NCBI GenBank assembly: GCA_030684405.1
Contig: JAUXYA010000034.1
Coordinates: 74,459-138,458 of the forward strand
DNA from: Burkholderiales bacterium
GTDB taxonomy: Bacteria; Pseudomonadota; Gammaproteobacteria; Burkholderiales; SG8-41
Direction: 5' to 3'
Length of the DNA stretch: 64,000 bases
The translations under genes were made by a program, and so were the position numbers. The notes beneath the pieces were generated by a model, which made no database searches, was not told the origin of the DNA, and was given only the letters and a program-made list of their open reading frames with translations. Each line of letters starts with the position of its first letter. Within the stretch, counting starts at the first letter, position 1. Positions 19,158 through 28,177 of this stretch are shown in pieces.

Positions 19158-20045
19158 ATGCCGTCCACAGCATCGCTGCCCCGCTCCGGCATCCTCGCGC
19201 TGGTCGCCCTCTGCGCAGTCTGGGGCTATACCTGGGTCATCCTGAAGGAAGGCCTGCGGTATGCCGACCCTTGGGATTATGCAACGCTGCGCACTGTGCC
19301 CGGCGCACTGTTGCTGTTCGCAATCGCCGCCTGGCGCGGCGAAAACCTCGCGCTGCGCTCACCCCGGCATGTGTTCATTCTGGGACTGTGGCAAACCACC
19401 GCCTTCAACGGCCTGGTGTCCTGGGCGCTGGTTTCAGGCGCTGCGGGCAAGACCGCAGTTCTGGTCTACACCATGCCGTTCTGGACCCTGCTCTTCGCCT
19501 GGCCTGTGCTCGGCGAGCGCATCCGCGGCCTGCAGTGGCTGGCTGTTGGCCTGTCGGCCGCGGGCCTGCTGCTGGTGCTCGAACCGTGGTCACTGCAGGG
19601 CAGCTTTACCGCGAATGTGCTGGCGGTGCTCACCGGCGTGAGCTGGGCGGTCGCCGCGGTGCTGACGCGACGCTGGCGCAGCCACCTCGCCGTCGGCACC
19701 TTTGCCCTGACCGCCTGGCAAATGCTGCTCGGCGGGCTGGTGCTCGCGGTGCTCGGCTTTTTCCTGTCGGCGCGGCCGGTGCAGTGGACGCCGTATTTCG
19801 GATTCCTGCTGGCCTACGCCACGATTTTCGGCACCGTGCTCGGCTGGGCACTATGGTTTTACGTGCTCAAGCTGCTGCCCGCCGGAGTCGCCGGTCTCGC
19901 GGTGATGGCAGTGCCGGCGATTGGCGTGTTGTCCTCGCGCATCCAGCTCGGCGAACAGCCCGGCCCGGTGGAGTCCGCCGGCATGCTGCTGATCGTCGCC
20001 AGTCTCGCCGTGCTGTCGTGGTCAGCACTGCGCCGCCGCAACTGA
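19158..20045 (+). CDS. DMT/EamA family transporter
   Basis: About ten hydrophobic helices, duplicated EamA repeat, LGER/LGEQ motifs. Confidence 0.85.
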   Translation: MPSTASLPRSGILALVALCAVWGYTWVILKEGLRYADPWDYATLRTVPGALLLFAIAAWRGENLALRSPRHVFILGLWQTTAFNGLVSWALVSGAAGKTAVLVYTMPFWTLLFAWPVLGERIRGLQWLAVGLSAAGLLLVLEPWSLQGSFTANVLAVLTGVSWAVAAVLTRRWRSHLAVGTFALTAWQMLLGGLVLAVLGFFLSARPVQWTPYFGFLLAYATIFGTVLGWALWFYVLKLLPAGVAGLAVMAVPAIGVLSSRIQLGEQPGPVESAGMLLIVASLAVLSWSALRRRN

Positions 20046-20054
20046 GCGCGGCCT

Positions 20055-21323
20055 TCAGCCCCGGAAACGCTCTGGCGCGTAGGGCGCAGGATCGACGAAC
20101 GGGGTTTCGCCCGTGATCATTTCCGCCAGCAGCCGACCGGTGACCGGCCCCAGCGTGAAGCCGTGATGGGCATGGCCGAAGGCAAACCACAGCTTCGCAT
20201 GCCGCGGCGCGCGGCCGATGATCGGCAGCATGTCCGGGGTGCAGGGCCGCGCGCCCATCCACGGCTCGGCATCCAGCCGTTCGCCCAGCGGAAACAGGTC
20301 GCGTGCGACGGGCTCGGCGCGCCACAGTTGCACCGGCGTCTTGATCGCGTCCCGCAGCGCGAACTCGGCGCCGGTCGTGAGGCGGATGCCGCGGCTCATC
20401 GGCGCAAGAAAATAACCGCGCTCGGTGTCGAGCAGCGGATGGTTCAGCCGCGCGACGCCCGCAGCCCGATAGTGCATGTGGTAACCGCGCTTCACTGCGA
20501 GCGGCAGATCGTAGCCCAGCGCGCGCGTCATCACATCGGACCAGGGCCCCAGCGCAATCACCGCCTGGTCGACTGCAAGCACGCCTTCGACGGTCTGCAG
20601 GCGCCAGCCCGCGCCTTCGGCCTCGAGACTCGCCGCATTGCCCTGGACGAAACGACCGCCGAGCGCCTCGAAACGCCGCAGGTAGGCAAGCGCCAGCGCC
20701 TGCGGATCATCCACGCTTGCCGGATCCGTCCAGTGCAGCGCGCCGGCGAGCACCGGCGCGATATGCGGCTCGGCCTCATGCAGCGCGCGGGCGTCGAGCA
20801 TCCTGTAGTTGACCCCGAACTCAAGATGCCAGCGCTCGGCCTCTGCATAACGCCGGTCGCGCTCGCGCGCAGTGCGAAAAACCTTGATCCAGCCCCGGCT
20901 CCGCAGCAGGTCTGCGGCGGCGGATTCCGCAGCGAGCGCCGCATGTTCGGCAAGGCAATGCTCAATCAGCTTCGCATAGCGTCGTGCGACCTCGGCATGC
21001 CGCGCCGGCCTGGAATGTTTCCAGTACTGCCACAGGAAGGGCGCAAGCGCAGGCAGTGCCGAGGGATGGTAGTGGGCGTCAATCGTGCGGTTGAGCCCGT
21101 AACGCAGCAGTGCACCGAAGTCGTGAGGGAAACCGTAGGGATAAACGCCTTCACGCTGTATCAGTCCGGCATTGCCAAAGGAAGTTTCCTCGGCGGCGCC
21201 GCGGCGGTCGATGAGTACTGCCGCGCGCCCTTTTTTCTGCAGATGCAGGGCCACGCAGATGCCGATCATGCCGGCACCGAGCACCGCCACGTCGGCGCGT
21301 ATTGCAGCTTTTTTGCCGTTCAT
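20055..21323 (-). CDS. FAD-dependent D-amino acid dehydrogenase (DadA-like)
   Basis: GAGMIG, ETSFGNAG, KRGYH, WMGARPCTPDMLP, GHAHHGFTLGP. Confidence 0.88.
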   Translation of the reverse strand: MNGKKAAIRADVAVLGAGMIGICVALHLQKKGRAAVLIDRRGAAEETSFGNAGLIQREGVYPYGFPHDFGALLRYGLNRTIDAHYHPSALPALAPFLWQYWKHSRPARHAEVARRYAKLIEHCLAEHAALAAESAAADLLRSRGWIKVFRTARERDRRYAEAERWHLEFGVNYRMLDARALHEAEPHIAPVLAGALHWTDPASVDDPQALALAYLRRFEALGGRFVQGNAASLEAEGAGWRLQTVEGVLAVDQAVIALGPWSDVMTRALGYDLPLAVKRGYHMHYRAAGVARLNHPLLDTERGYFLAPMSRGIRLTTGAEFALRDAIKTPVQLWRAEPVARDLFPLGERLDAEPWMGARPCTPDMLPIIGRAPRHAKLWFAFGHAHHGFTLGPVTGRLLAEMITGETPFVDPAPYAPERFRG

Positions 21324-21427
21324 TGCAGCCGATTATACTTGCGGGCTGCAAACCCGAAGACAGAGCCGCTCTCCCCGAGATGACAATCAATCAAGCGCCT
21401 AGCGCAACACCTGGTCAGCCGGCTTTC

Positions 21428-22300
21428 ATGGCAACCCATCCCAGTCGCTCCGAGTTTCACCCGATCAACGGCACGCGTTGCCACGTGCGCCTCTGGGGTG
21501 ATGCCGCTGCACCGCCCCTGTTCCTGCTCCACGGCTGGATGGATGTCTCGCTGTCCTTCCAGTGGGTTGTCGATGCATTGAAGCGCGACTGGCGAATCAT
21601 CGCGCCCGACTGGCGCGGCTTCGGCCAGTCCGGCTGGTCGGCCGGCGGCTACTGGTTTCCCGACTACTACGCCGACCTAGAGGCACTATTGGCAATCTAC
21701 TCGCCGGACCGGCCGGCACTGGTTGCCGGCCACAGCATGGGCGGCGTGATCGCCTGCACCTATGCCGGCCTGCGGCCGGAGCGCATCGCGCGACTGGTCT
21801 CACTCGAGGGCTTCGGCCTCGCCCGCACCAGTTCCGCAGAGGCTCCGGCACGTTACCGGCGCTGGCTCGACGAACTTGCTTCCGAGCCGCGCTTCCGCAT
21901 CTACGGTTCCTTCGATGCGCTGGCGGCGCGACTGCAGCGCGACAACCCGCGCCTTACCGCGGACAAGGCGCAGTTCATCGCCCGCGCTTGGGCGCGCGAA
22001 ACCGCGCCCGAGCAGGTCGAGATGCTGAGTGACCCGCGGCACAAGCGCGCCAATCCAGTGCTGTTCCGCATCGAGGAATCACTCGCCTGCTGGAAAGCAG
22101 TCACGGCGCCGGTGCTGTGGGTGTTCGGCCGCAACTCGGAGGGCACCGGTTACCTGAAGGACACGCCGGAGCAGCTCGCCGAACGCAAGGGGGCATTCCG
22201 CGACTACCAAGAGGCCTGGATCGACGACGCGGGACACATGATGCACCACGACCAGCCGGCGGCCACAGCCCGCCTGATCGAGGATTTCCTCGCGCCATGA
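21428..22300 (+). CDS. Alpha/beta hydrolase
   Basis: HGWMD, DWRGFG, GHSMGG nucleophile elbow, AGHMMHHDQP; start uncertain. Confidence 0.88.
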   Translation: MATHPSRSEFHPINGTRCHVRLWGDAAAPPLFLLHGWMDVSLSFQWVVDALKRDWRIIAPDWRGFGQSGWSAGGYWFPDYYADLEALLAIYSPDRPALVAGHSMGGVIACTYAGLRPERIARLVSLEGFGLARTSSAEAPARYRRWLDELASEPRFRIYGSFDALAARLQRDNPRLTADKAQFIARAWARETAPEQVEMLSDPRHKRANPVLFRIEESLACWKAVTAPVLWVFGRNSEGTGYLKDTPEQLAERKGAFRDYQEAWIDDAGHMMHHDQPAATARLIEDFLAP

Positions 22301-23040
22301 CCGAAATCCGCAAGCTGCCGCTGCTCGGCGTCCTCGGCGGCATGGGGCCGCTTGCCGCGGCCGATTTCCTCGCCAAGCTCGCCGAGGAAACACCGGCTAC
22401 CCGCGACCAGGAGCACATACCCTATGTCGCCTGGGGTGTGCCGCAGATCCCGGAGCGGCCTGCCGCCATACTCGGCAGGGGCGAATCGCCGCTGCCGCAG
22501 ATGCTGCGCGGCATCGCCGCGCTGAAGCAGGCTGGCGCACAGGCGATCGCCATCGCCTGCAATACCGCGCACTACTGGCACGAGGAGCTGCAGCGCGAGG
22601 GAGGTTTGCCGATACTGCACATCGCCGACGCGGTCTGCGACCTGCTGACCGAACGCGGCATCACTGCCGGCAGCGTCGGGCTGATCGCTACCGAGGGCAC
22701 ACTGCGAGCGGGTTTTTTCCAGCAGCGATTTGCGGCCCGTGGTTTGGGCTGCATCGTCAGCAGCCCCGAGGACCAGCAGCGACTGGTCCTGCCGGCGATC
22801 GCCGCGGTCAAGAGCAATGACCTGGCACTGGCGCACACCCTTGCGGTGCACGCGGTGCTGCGCCTGCACGATGCTGGTGCACACACCGTGGTGCTGGCCT
22901 GCACCGAAACCCCGCTGGCGATTGACCACGCCCCCAGCGCTGCGACGCCGCTGTGCATCGACGCCACCCGCGCGCTCGCTCGCGCATGCGTCATCTGGCA
23001 CCGGCGCGCTGCAGCGGCCTCAGATCAGCGCGCATCCTGA
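22297..23040 (+). CDS. Aspartate/glutamate racemase family protein
   Basis: LGGMGPLA, catalytic ACNTAH and ACTET; ATGA overlap with the hydrolase gene. Confidence 0.9.
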   Translation: MTEIRKLPLLGVLGGMGPLAAADFLAKLAEETPATRDQEHIPYVAWGVPQIPERPAAILGRGESPLPQMLRGIAALKQAGAQAIAIACNTAHYWHEELQREGGLPILHIADAVCDLLTERGITAGSVGLIATEGTLRAGFFQQRFAARGLGCIVSSPEDQQRLVLPAIAAVKSNDLALAHTLAVHAVLRLHDAGAHTVVLACTETPLAIDHAPSAATPLCIDATRALARACVIWHRRAAAASDQRAS

Positions 23041-23075
23041 GAGCCCCCGACAGAATGAAATGCGCGGCGTTTGAC

Positions 23076-23104
23076 TGGACAAAGCTGCGCGCATCGCCTA
23101 GATT
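23076..23104 (+). promoter_or_regulatory. Putative sigma70 promoter for the glt operon
   Basis: TGGACA-N17-TAGATT. Confidence 0.45.
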
Positions 23105-23176
23105 GTTCGAAGCAAGACAATCCTGCCGCCGTTCGTGCGGCACCGTATTCCGTTCTGACCATCAAGGAGGCTTGAC

Positions 23177-24097
23177 ATGCTTCGTATCGGATCCCTTTTT
23201 GCCGCCATCGCCGCGGCCAGCCTGCTCGCCGCGCCGCTGCACGCGCAGGAGCTCACCGGCACCCTGAAGAAAATCAAGGACACCGGAGTCGTCAAGATCG
23301 GCCACCGCGACGCCTCCATCCCGTTTTCCTACCTCGACGACAAGCAGCGTCCGATCGGCTATGGGGTGGACATCTGCATGAAAATCGTGGACCGCATCAA
23401 GGCCGAGCTGAAGATGCCCAAGCTGCGGGTCGAATTCGTTCCGGTAACCTCGCAGACGCGGATTCCCGTTCTCACCGGCGGCAACATCGACATGGAGTGC
23501 GGCTCGACCACCAACTCGGTGGAGCGCCAGAAGCAGGTCGATTTCGCGCCGACCTACTTCGTCACCGGCACCAAGATCATTGTCAAGAAGGGCTCGGGCA
23601 TCAAGGGCTATGACGATCTGAAGGGCAAGAACGTGGTCTTCACCCAGGGCACCACCAACGAGCGCGCGATCAAGGCCTACAACGACGAGAAGAAGCTCGG
23701 TATCAATTTCATCCCCTCGAAGGACCATGCCGAGTCCTTCCTCTCTGTTGAAACCGGCCGCGCGGTCGCCTTCCCGATGGACGACATCCTGCTCTACGGC
23801 CTCAAAGCGAGTGCGCGAAACCCCGACGATTACGAAGTGATCGGCGAATTCCTCTCCGACGACCCCTATGCGATCATGATGCGCAGGGATGACCCTGCAT
23901 TCAAGAAAGTCGTCGACAGCGCCGTGACCGCTCTCTACAAAAGTGGCGAAATCAACAAGATCTACACGAAGTGGTTCCAGTCGAAGATTCCGCCCAAGGG
24001 CATCAACCTCAACTTCCCGATGTCGGAAGGCCTGAAGGAAGCCATCAAGAATCCCAACAATACCGGCGTCGGCCCCTGCGGCAAGATGAAGTGCTGA
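23177..24097 (+). CDS. gltI: Glutamate/aspartate ABC transporter substrate-binding protein
   Basis: GHRDASIPFSY, TSQTRIP, ECGSTTN, GTTNE, MDDILL; AGGAGG RBS. Confidence 0.9.
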   Translation: MLRIGSLFAAIAAASLLAAPLHAQELTGTLKKIKDTGVVKIGHRDASIPFSYLDDKQRPIGYGVDICMKIVDRIKAELKMPKLRVEFVPVTSQTRIPVLTGGNIDMECGSTTNSVERQKQVDFAPTYFVTGTKIIVKKGSGIKGYDDLKGKNVVFTQGTTNERAIKAYNDEKKLGINFIPSKDHAESFLSVETGRAVAFPMDDILLYGLKASARNPDDYEVIGEFLSDDPYAIMMRRDDPAFKKVVDSAVTALYKSGEINKIYTKWFQSKIPPKGINLNFPMSEGLKEAIKNPNNTGVGPCGKMKC

Positions 24098-24129
24098 GCA
24101 CGGGATTTTCCGTCCCAGACAGGAAAGAC

Positions 24130-24162
24130 AAAACCGGGGATCCTGATTCCCCGGTTTTTTTT
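24130..24162 (+). terminator. Intrinsic terminator or stabilising hairpin after gltI
   Basis: CCGGGGA-N7-TCCCCGG followed by T8. Confidence 0.8.
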
Positions 24163-24191
24163 CGCCCCTCTTTCGCGCTACACTGAACCGC

Positions 24192-24920
24192 ATGGACTTC
24201 GGCTTCCTGTTCGAGCCCGCATTCTCGGGCGGCGGCACCTACCTCGACTGGGTCATCTCCGGCATCCAGTGGACGCTTTACCTTTCGGTGATCGGCTGGA
24301 TCATCGCCTTCGTCCTCGGCTCCATACTCGGCGTCCTGCGGACCGTGCCACTCGCAATCCTGCGCGTACCGGCGACGATATATGTCGAAGTGTTCCGCAA
24401 CATCCCGCTGCTGGTACAGATGTTCATCTGGTACTTCGTGGTGCCGGAGATCGTGCCCAAGGCCGCCGGCGACTGGTTGAAGACGCAGATGCCAATGCCG
24501 GAGTTCTGGAATGCCGCGTTATGTCTCGGCACCTACACCGCCTCGCGCGTTGCCGAGCAGGTGCGCGCCGGCATCCAGTCGATTCCGCGCGGGCAGGTGG
24601 ATGCCAGCCTCGCTATCGGGCTCACGCTGCCGCAGACCTATCGCCACTTGCTGTTGCCGATGTCCTACCGGATCATCATTCCGCCATTGACTACCGAGTT
24701 CCTGACGATCTTCAAGAATTCATCCGTGGCGCTGACCATCGGCGTCCTCGAACTCACCGCCCAGGCGCGCCAGATCTCCGAATACACCTTCCAGACCTTC
24801 GAGATATTCACCATCGCCACCGTGGTCTATGCCCTGATCACGCTGACGGTGACTTTCGCGATGCGCTGGGTCGAAGGCCGGGCACGGGTGCCCGGCTACA
24901 TCGGCACCACCGGGAAATAG
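24192..24920 (+). CDS. gltJ: Glu/Asp ABC transporter permease
   Basis: FRNIPLLVQ, RVAEQVRAGI, KNSSVA. Confidence 0.88.
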   Translation: MDFGFLFEPAFSGGGTYLDWVISGIQWTLYLSVIGWIIAFVLGSILGVLRTVPLAILRVPATIYVEVFRNIPLLVQMFIWYFVVPEIVPKAAGDWLKTQMPMPEFWNAALCLGTYTASRVAEQVRAGIQSIPRGQVDASLAIGLTLPQTYRHLLLPMSYRIIIPPLTTEFLTIFKNSSVALTIGVLELTAQARQISEYTFQTFEIFTIATVVYALITLTVTFAMRWVEGRARVPGYIGTTGK

Positions 24921-24923
24921 GCC

Positions 24924-25613
24924 GTGTTCAGCCAGTTCGACTTCGAGGTCATCCGCGATTCACTGCCCTACCTGTGGCAAGGGATGCAGTTCTCGCTCGG
25001 CCTCACGCTGCTGGCGATGGCAGGCGGCATCGTACTGGGCACGGTTCTCGCGCTGATGCGTCTTTCCTCATTGCGCATCCTGAGTTGGCCGGCCGGCGCC
25101 TACGTCAACCTGGTACGTTCTATCCCCCTGATCCTTGTCATTTTCTGGTTCTATTTCCTGATTCCGATCGCGATCAAGCACCTGAGCGGCAACCCCTACG
25201 CCTCCGGCATCGGCCCCTTCTACTCGGCGCTGATTGCCTTCACGATGTTCGAAGCCGCTTACTACTGCGAGATTATCCGCGCCGGAATCCAGAGCGTGCC
25301 GCGCGGGCAGGTGCATGCGGCCTATGCCCTGGGGCTCAATTACCGTCAGGCGACCACGCTGGTGATCCTGCCGCAGGCCTTCCGCAACATGCTCCCGGTT
25401 CTGCTGACCACGAGCATCATCCTGTTCCAGGATACCTCGCTGGTCTACGTCGTCGGTCTCACCGACTTCATGGGTGCCGCGAGCAAGGTCGCGCGCCGCG
25501 ACGGGCGCCTGGTCGAACTCTACCTGTTCGCAGCACTGATTTATTTCATCCTTTGCTTCACTGCCTCGTATTTCGTACGGCGACTGCAGCAACGCATCAC
25601 GCCACCGCGCTAG
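24924..25613 (+). CDS. gltK: Glu/Asp ABC transporter permease
   Basis: FEAAYYCEIIRAGIQS, LPQAFR, FQDTSLVY. Confidence 0.88.
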   Translation: MFSQFDFEVIRDSLPYLWQGMQFSLGLTLLAMAGGIVLGTVLALMRLSSLRILSWPAGAYVNLVRSIPLILVIFWFYFLIPIAIKHLSGNPYASGIGPFYSALIAFTMFEAAYYCEIIRAGIQSVPRGQVHAAYALGLNYRQATTLVILPQAFRNMLPVLLTTSIILFQDTSLVYVVGLTDFMGAASKVARRDGRLVELYLFAALIYFILCFTASYFVRRLQQRITPPR

Positions 25614-25623
25614 GAATCCCGAC

Positions 25624-26358
25624 ATGGCCATGATCGAATTCAGGAACGTCAGCAAGTGGTACGGCAGCTTTCAGGTGCTGAAGGACTGCAGCACAAAAGT
25701 CGAAAAGGGCGAAGTTGTCGTCGTCTGCGGCCCTTCAGGCTCGGGCAAGTCAACGCTGATCAAGTGCGTCAACGGCCTCGAGCCCTTCCAGCAGGGTGAG
25801 GTCATCGTCAACGGCGAGTCAGTCGGGGCAAAGAGCACCAGACTGCCGCAGTTGCGCGCAAAAATCGGCATGGTATTCCAGCACTTCGAGCTCTTCCCGC
25901 ACATGGACGTGACAGCGAATCTCAACCTCGCGCAGGTCAAGGTTCTCGGGCGCAGCGCCGAGGAAGCCACAGCAAAATCGCATGCCCTGCTGCAGCGTGT
26001 GGGCATGATCGAGCACGCGAAGAAATTTCCGGGGCAGCTTTCCGGTGGCCAACAGCAGCGCGTCGCCATCGCCCGCGGCCTCGCGATGGACCCGATCGCG
26101 ATGCTGTTTGACGAACCCACCTCCGCGCTCGACCCCGAAATGATCAACGAGGTTCTCGACGTGATGGTCGAACTCGCGCAGGAAGGCATGACCATGATGT
26201 GCGTGACCCATGAGATGGGATTCGCGCGCAAGGTTGCCCATCGCGTGATATTCATGGACGAGGGCGAGATCGTCGAAGACGCCCCGAAGGAAGAGTTCTT
26301 CGGCACGCCGCGCTCAGAGCGCGCGCAGCAGTTCCTGTCGAAAATTCTCCACCACTGA
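25624..26358 (+). CDS. gltL: Glu/Asp ABC transporter ATPase
   Basis: GPSGSGKST, LSGGQQQRVAIAR, FDEPTSALDPE. Confidence 0.92.
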   Translation: MAMIEFRNVSKWYGSFQVLKDCSTKVEKGEVVVVCGPSGSGKSTLIKCVNGLEPFQQGEVIVNGESVGAKSTRLPQLRAKIGMVFQHFELFPHMDVTANLNLAQVKVLGRSAEEATAKSHALLQRVGMIEHAKKFPGQLSGGQQQRVAIARGLAMDPIAMLFDEPTSALDPEMINEVLDVMVELAQEGMTMMCVTHEMGFARKVAHRVIFMDEGEIVEDAPKEEFFGTPRSERAQQFLSKILHH

Positions 26359-26423
26359 CCCCTTCCGCGCAGTTACAATGCGCGCTTTTCAGCGAGGGCG
26401 CCCCTCATGGCGCATGTCCCCAG

Positions 26424-26819
26424 ATGGCTTCGAGCACTGCAAAAAAGAAATCCGGCAACCAGTACGACTGCAGCAAATGCCCCGGCTACTGCTGCAGCTA
26501 CCCCCTGATCGAGGTCGGCAAGCGCGACATCGCACGGTTGGCGAAACATTTCGAAATCACCTACGCGCAGGCTGAATCGCAGTACACGCGCTTTGACCGC
26601 TCGGAGAAGGTGCGTTCGCTGAAACAGCAGGATGACCGGCATTTCGGAAAAATCTGCAAGCTGTTCGACACCCGCAAGCGTCATTGCACGGTTTACGAGG
26701 CCCGTCCCGGCGTGTGCCGTGAATATCCGGACGGCAAACGCTGCGGCTATTACGAGTTCCTGGTGTTCGAGCGCGAACACCAAGACGATCCGAAGTTCGT
26801 CGCGACGACCGACAACTAG
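26424..26819 (+). CDS. YkgJ-family cysteine-cluster (CxxCxxCC) protein
   Basis: CSKCPGYCC, C.LFD...CTVYEARPGVCREYP. Confidence 0.85.
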   Translation: MASSTAKKKSGNQYDCSKCPGYCCSYPLIEVGKRDIARLAKHFEITYAQAESQYTRFDRSEKVRSLKQQDDRHFGKICKLFDTRKRHCTVYEARPGVCREYPDGKRCGYYEFLVFEREHQDDPKFVATTDN

Positions 26820-26842
26820 AACCGAGCTGCAGGATGCCGTTG

Positions 26843-26869
26843 AAAAGCCCCGCGATGCGGGGCTTTCTT
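26843..26869. terminator. Bidirectional intrinsic terminator between convergent genes
   Basis: AAAGCCCCGC-GAT-GCGGGGCTTT. Confidence 0.75.
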
Positions 26870-26922
26870 CATCTGTAGCCGGAGTTCATCGGGCGCAAAC
26901 CTGCCCGACAGATCTCTGCACC

Positions 26923-28092
26923 TCAGACGCAGCAGCGCGCCATCAGCCCGCGCAGGAAACGCTCGCAGCGGGCAACCTGCTCCAGGGTGACAAATTCATC
27001 CGGCTTGTGCGCCTCGCGGATCGAGCCGGGGCCGCAAACCACGGTGGGCACGCCAGCAACCTGGAACTGTGAGGCCTCGGTGCCAAAGGACACTTTGACG
27101 GTCTCCTCGCAACGCGAAAACTCCTGCACCAGCGCCGTGATTTCGGCTTCCGCACCGGTATCCAGCGCCGGGATCTCCGAGAGCTTTTTGATCGTGAAGC
27201 CGGTGCGCGGATCGACCGCATGCATCTCCGGTTCAATCACCGTGCGCAGATGTGATTCGAATTCGGCACGCAGACGCTCCGGATCATCACCGGGCAGATT
27301 GCGAAATTCAAAATCAAAGACGCAGTCCTGAGGCACGATGTTGAGCGCGGTGCCGCCGCGGATCACGCCGGTGTGCACAGTGGTGTAGGCAATGTCGAAA
27401 CCGCGGTCATAGGGTCCACGGTCGCGATGGCGCCGTGCCAGCTGCTTGAGAAAAGTCACTGCCTCCGCCGCCGCCTCCACCGCATTGACGCCATACGGCG
27501 CATAGGCAGAATGCGCGGCCAGACCGCGCACGGTGCAGCGGTAACTCTGCTTGCCCTTGTGCGCGATCACCGGCCGCATCTCGGTCGGTTCGCCGACGAT
27601 GCAGGACCGCGGCCGAATGCCTGCATTGACCATATCCCCGAGCAATTCCCGCACGCCGAGGCAACCCACCTCCTCATCGTAGCTGAACGCCAGGTGCAGG
27701 GGCGTTTTCAGGCCGCGGTTCACGTAGTCCGGGACCAGCGCGAGCACGCAGGCAATGAAGCTCTTCATGTCGGAGGTGCCGCGGCCGTAGAGCCGGCCTT
27801 CGCGCTCGGCGAGCACAAACGGATCGCTGCTCCATTGCTGGCCATCCACCGGCACCACGTCGGTATGCCCCGACAGCACGATGCCGGGCTCGCCACGTGG
27901 ACCAAGAGTCGCGAACAGGTTGGCCTTGCGCCGATCATTATCGAAAGTCAGCCGCAGATCGGCATCGAGCGGGCGCAGCAGTTCGCGCACGTAATCGATC
28001 AGTTGCAGGTTCGAATCGCGGCTGACCGTGGGAAACGCGATCAGTTCGCGGATCAGCCGGAGGGAGTCGGCGCCGGGCGCAGCAGCATTCAT
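26923..28092 (-). CDS. argE: Acetylornithine deacetylase (M20 family)
   Basis: LSGHTDVVP, GRGTSDMK, YDEEVG, VGEPT, GTEA, AHKPDE. Confidence 0.9.
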   Translation of the reverse strand: MNAAAPGADSLRLIRELIAFPTVSRDSNLQLIDYVRELLRPLDADLRLTFDNDRRKANLFATLGPRGEPGIVLSGHTDVVPVDGQQWSSDPFVLAEREGRLYGRGTSDMKSFIACVLALVPDYVNRGLKTPLHLAFSYDEEVGCLGVRELLGDMVNAGIRPRSCIVGEPTEMRPVIAHKGKQSYRCTVRGLAAHSAYAPYGVNAVEAAAEAVTFLKQLARRHRDRGPYDRGFDIAYTTVHTGVIRGGTALNIVPQDCVFDFEFRNLPGDDPERLRAEFESHLRTVIEPEMHAVDPRTGFTIKKLSEIPALDTGAEAEITALVQEFSRCEETVKVSFGTEASQFQVAGVPTVVCGPGSIREAHKPDEFVTLEQVARCERFLRGLMARCCV

Positions 28093-28177
28093 GATGACGT
28101 CCGTCGTTAAAGGGGCAGGATAGGCAGACCTCCGGTACGTGTCAACGCGGCATCTTGCGGTATCCTAAGCGGACACC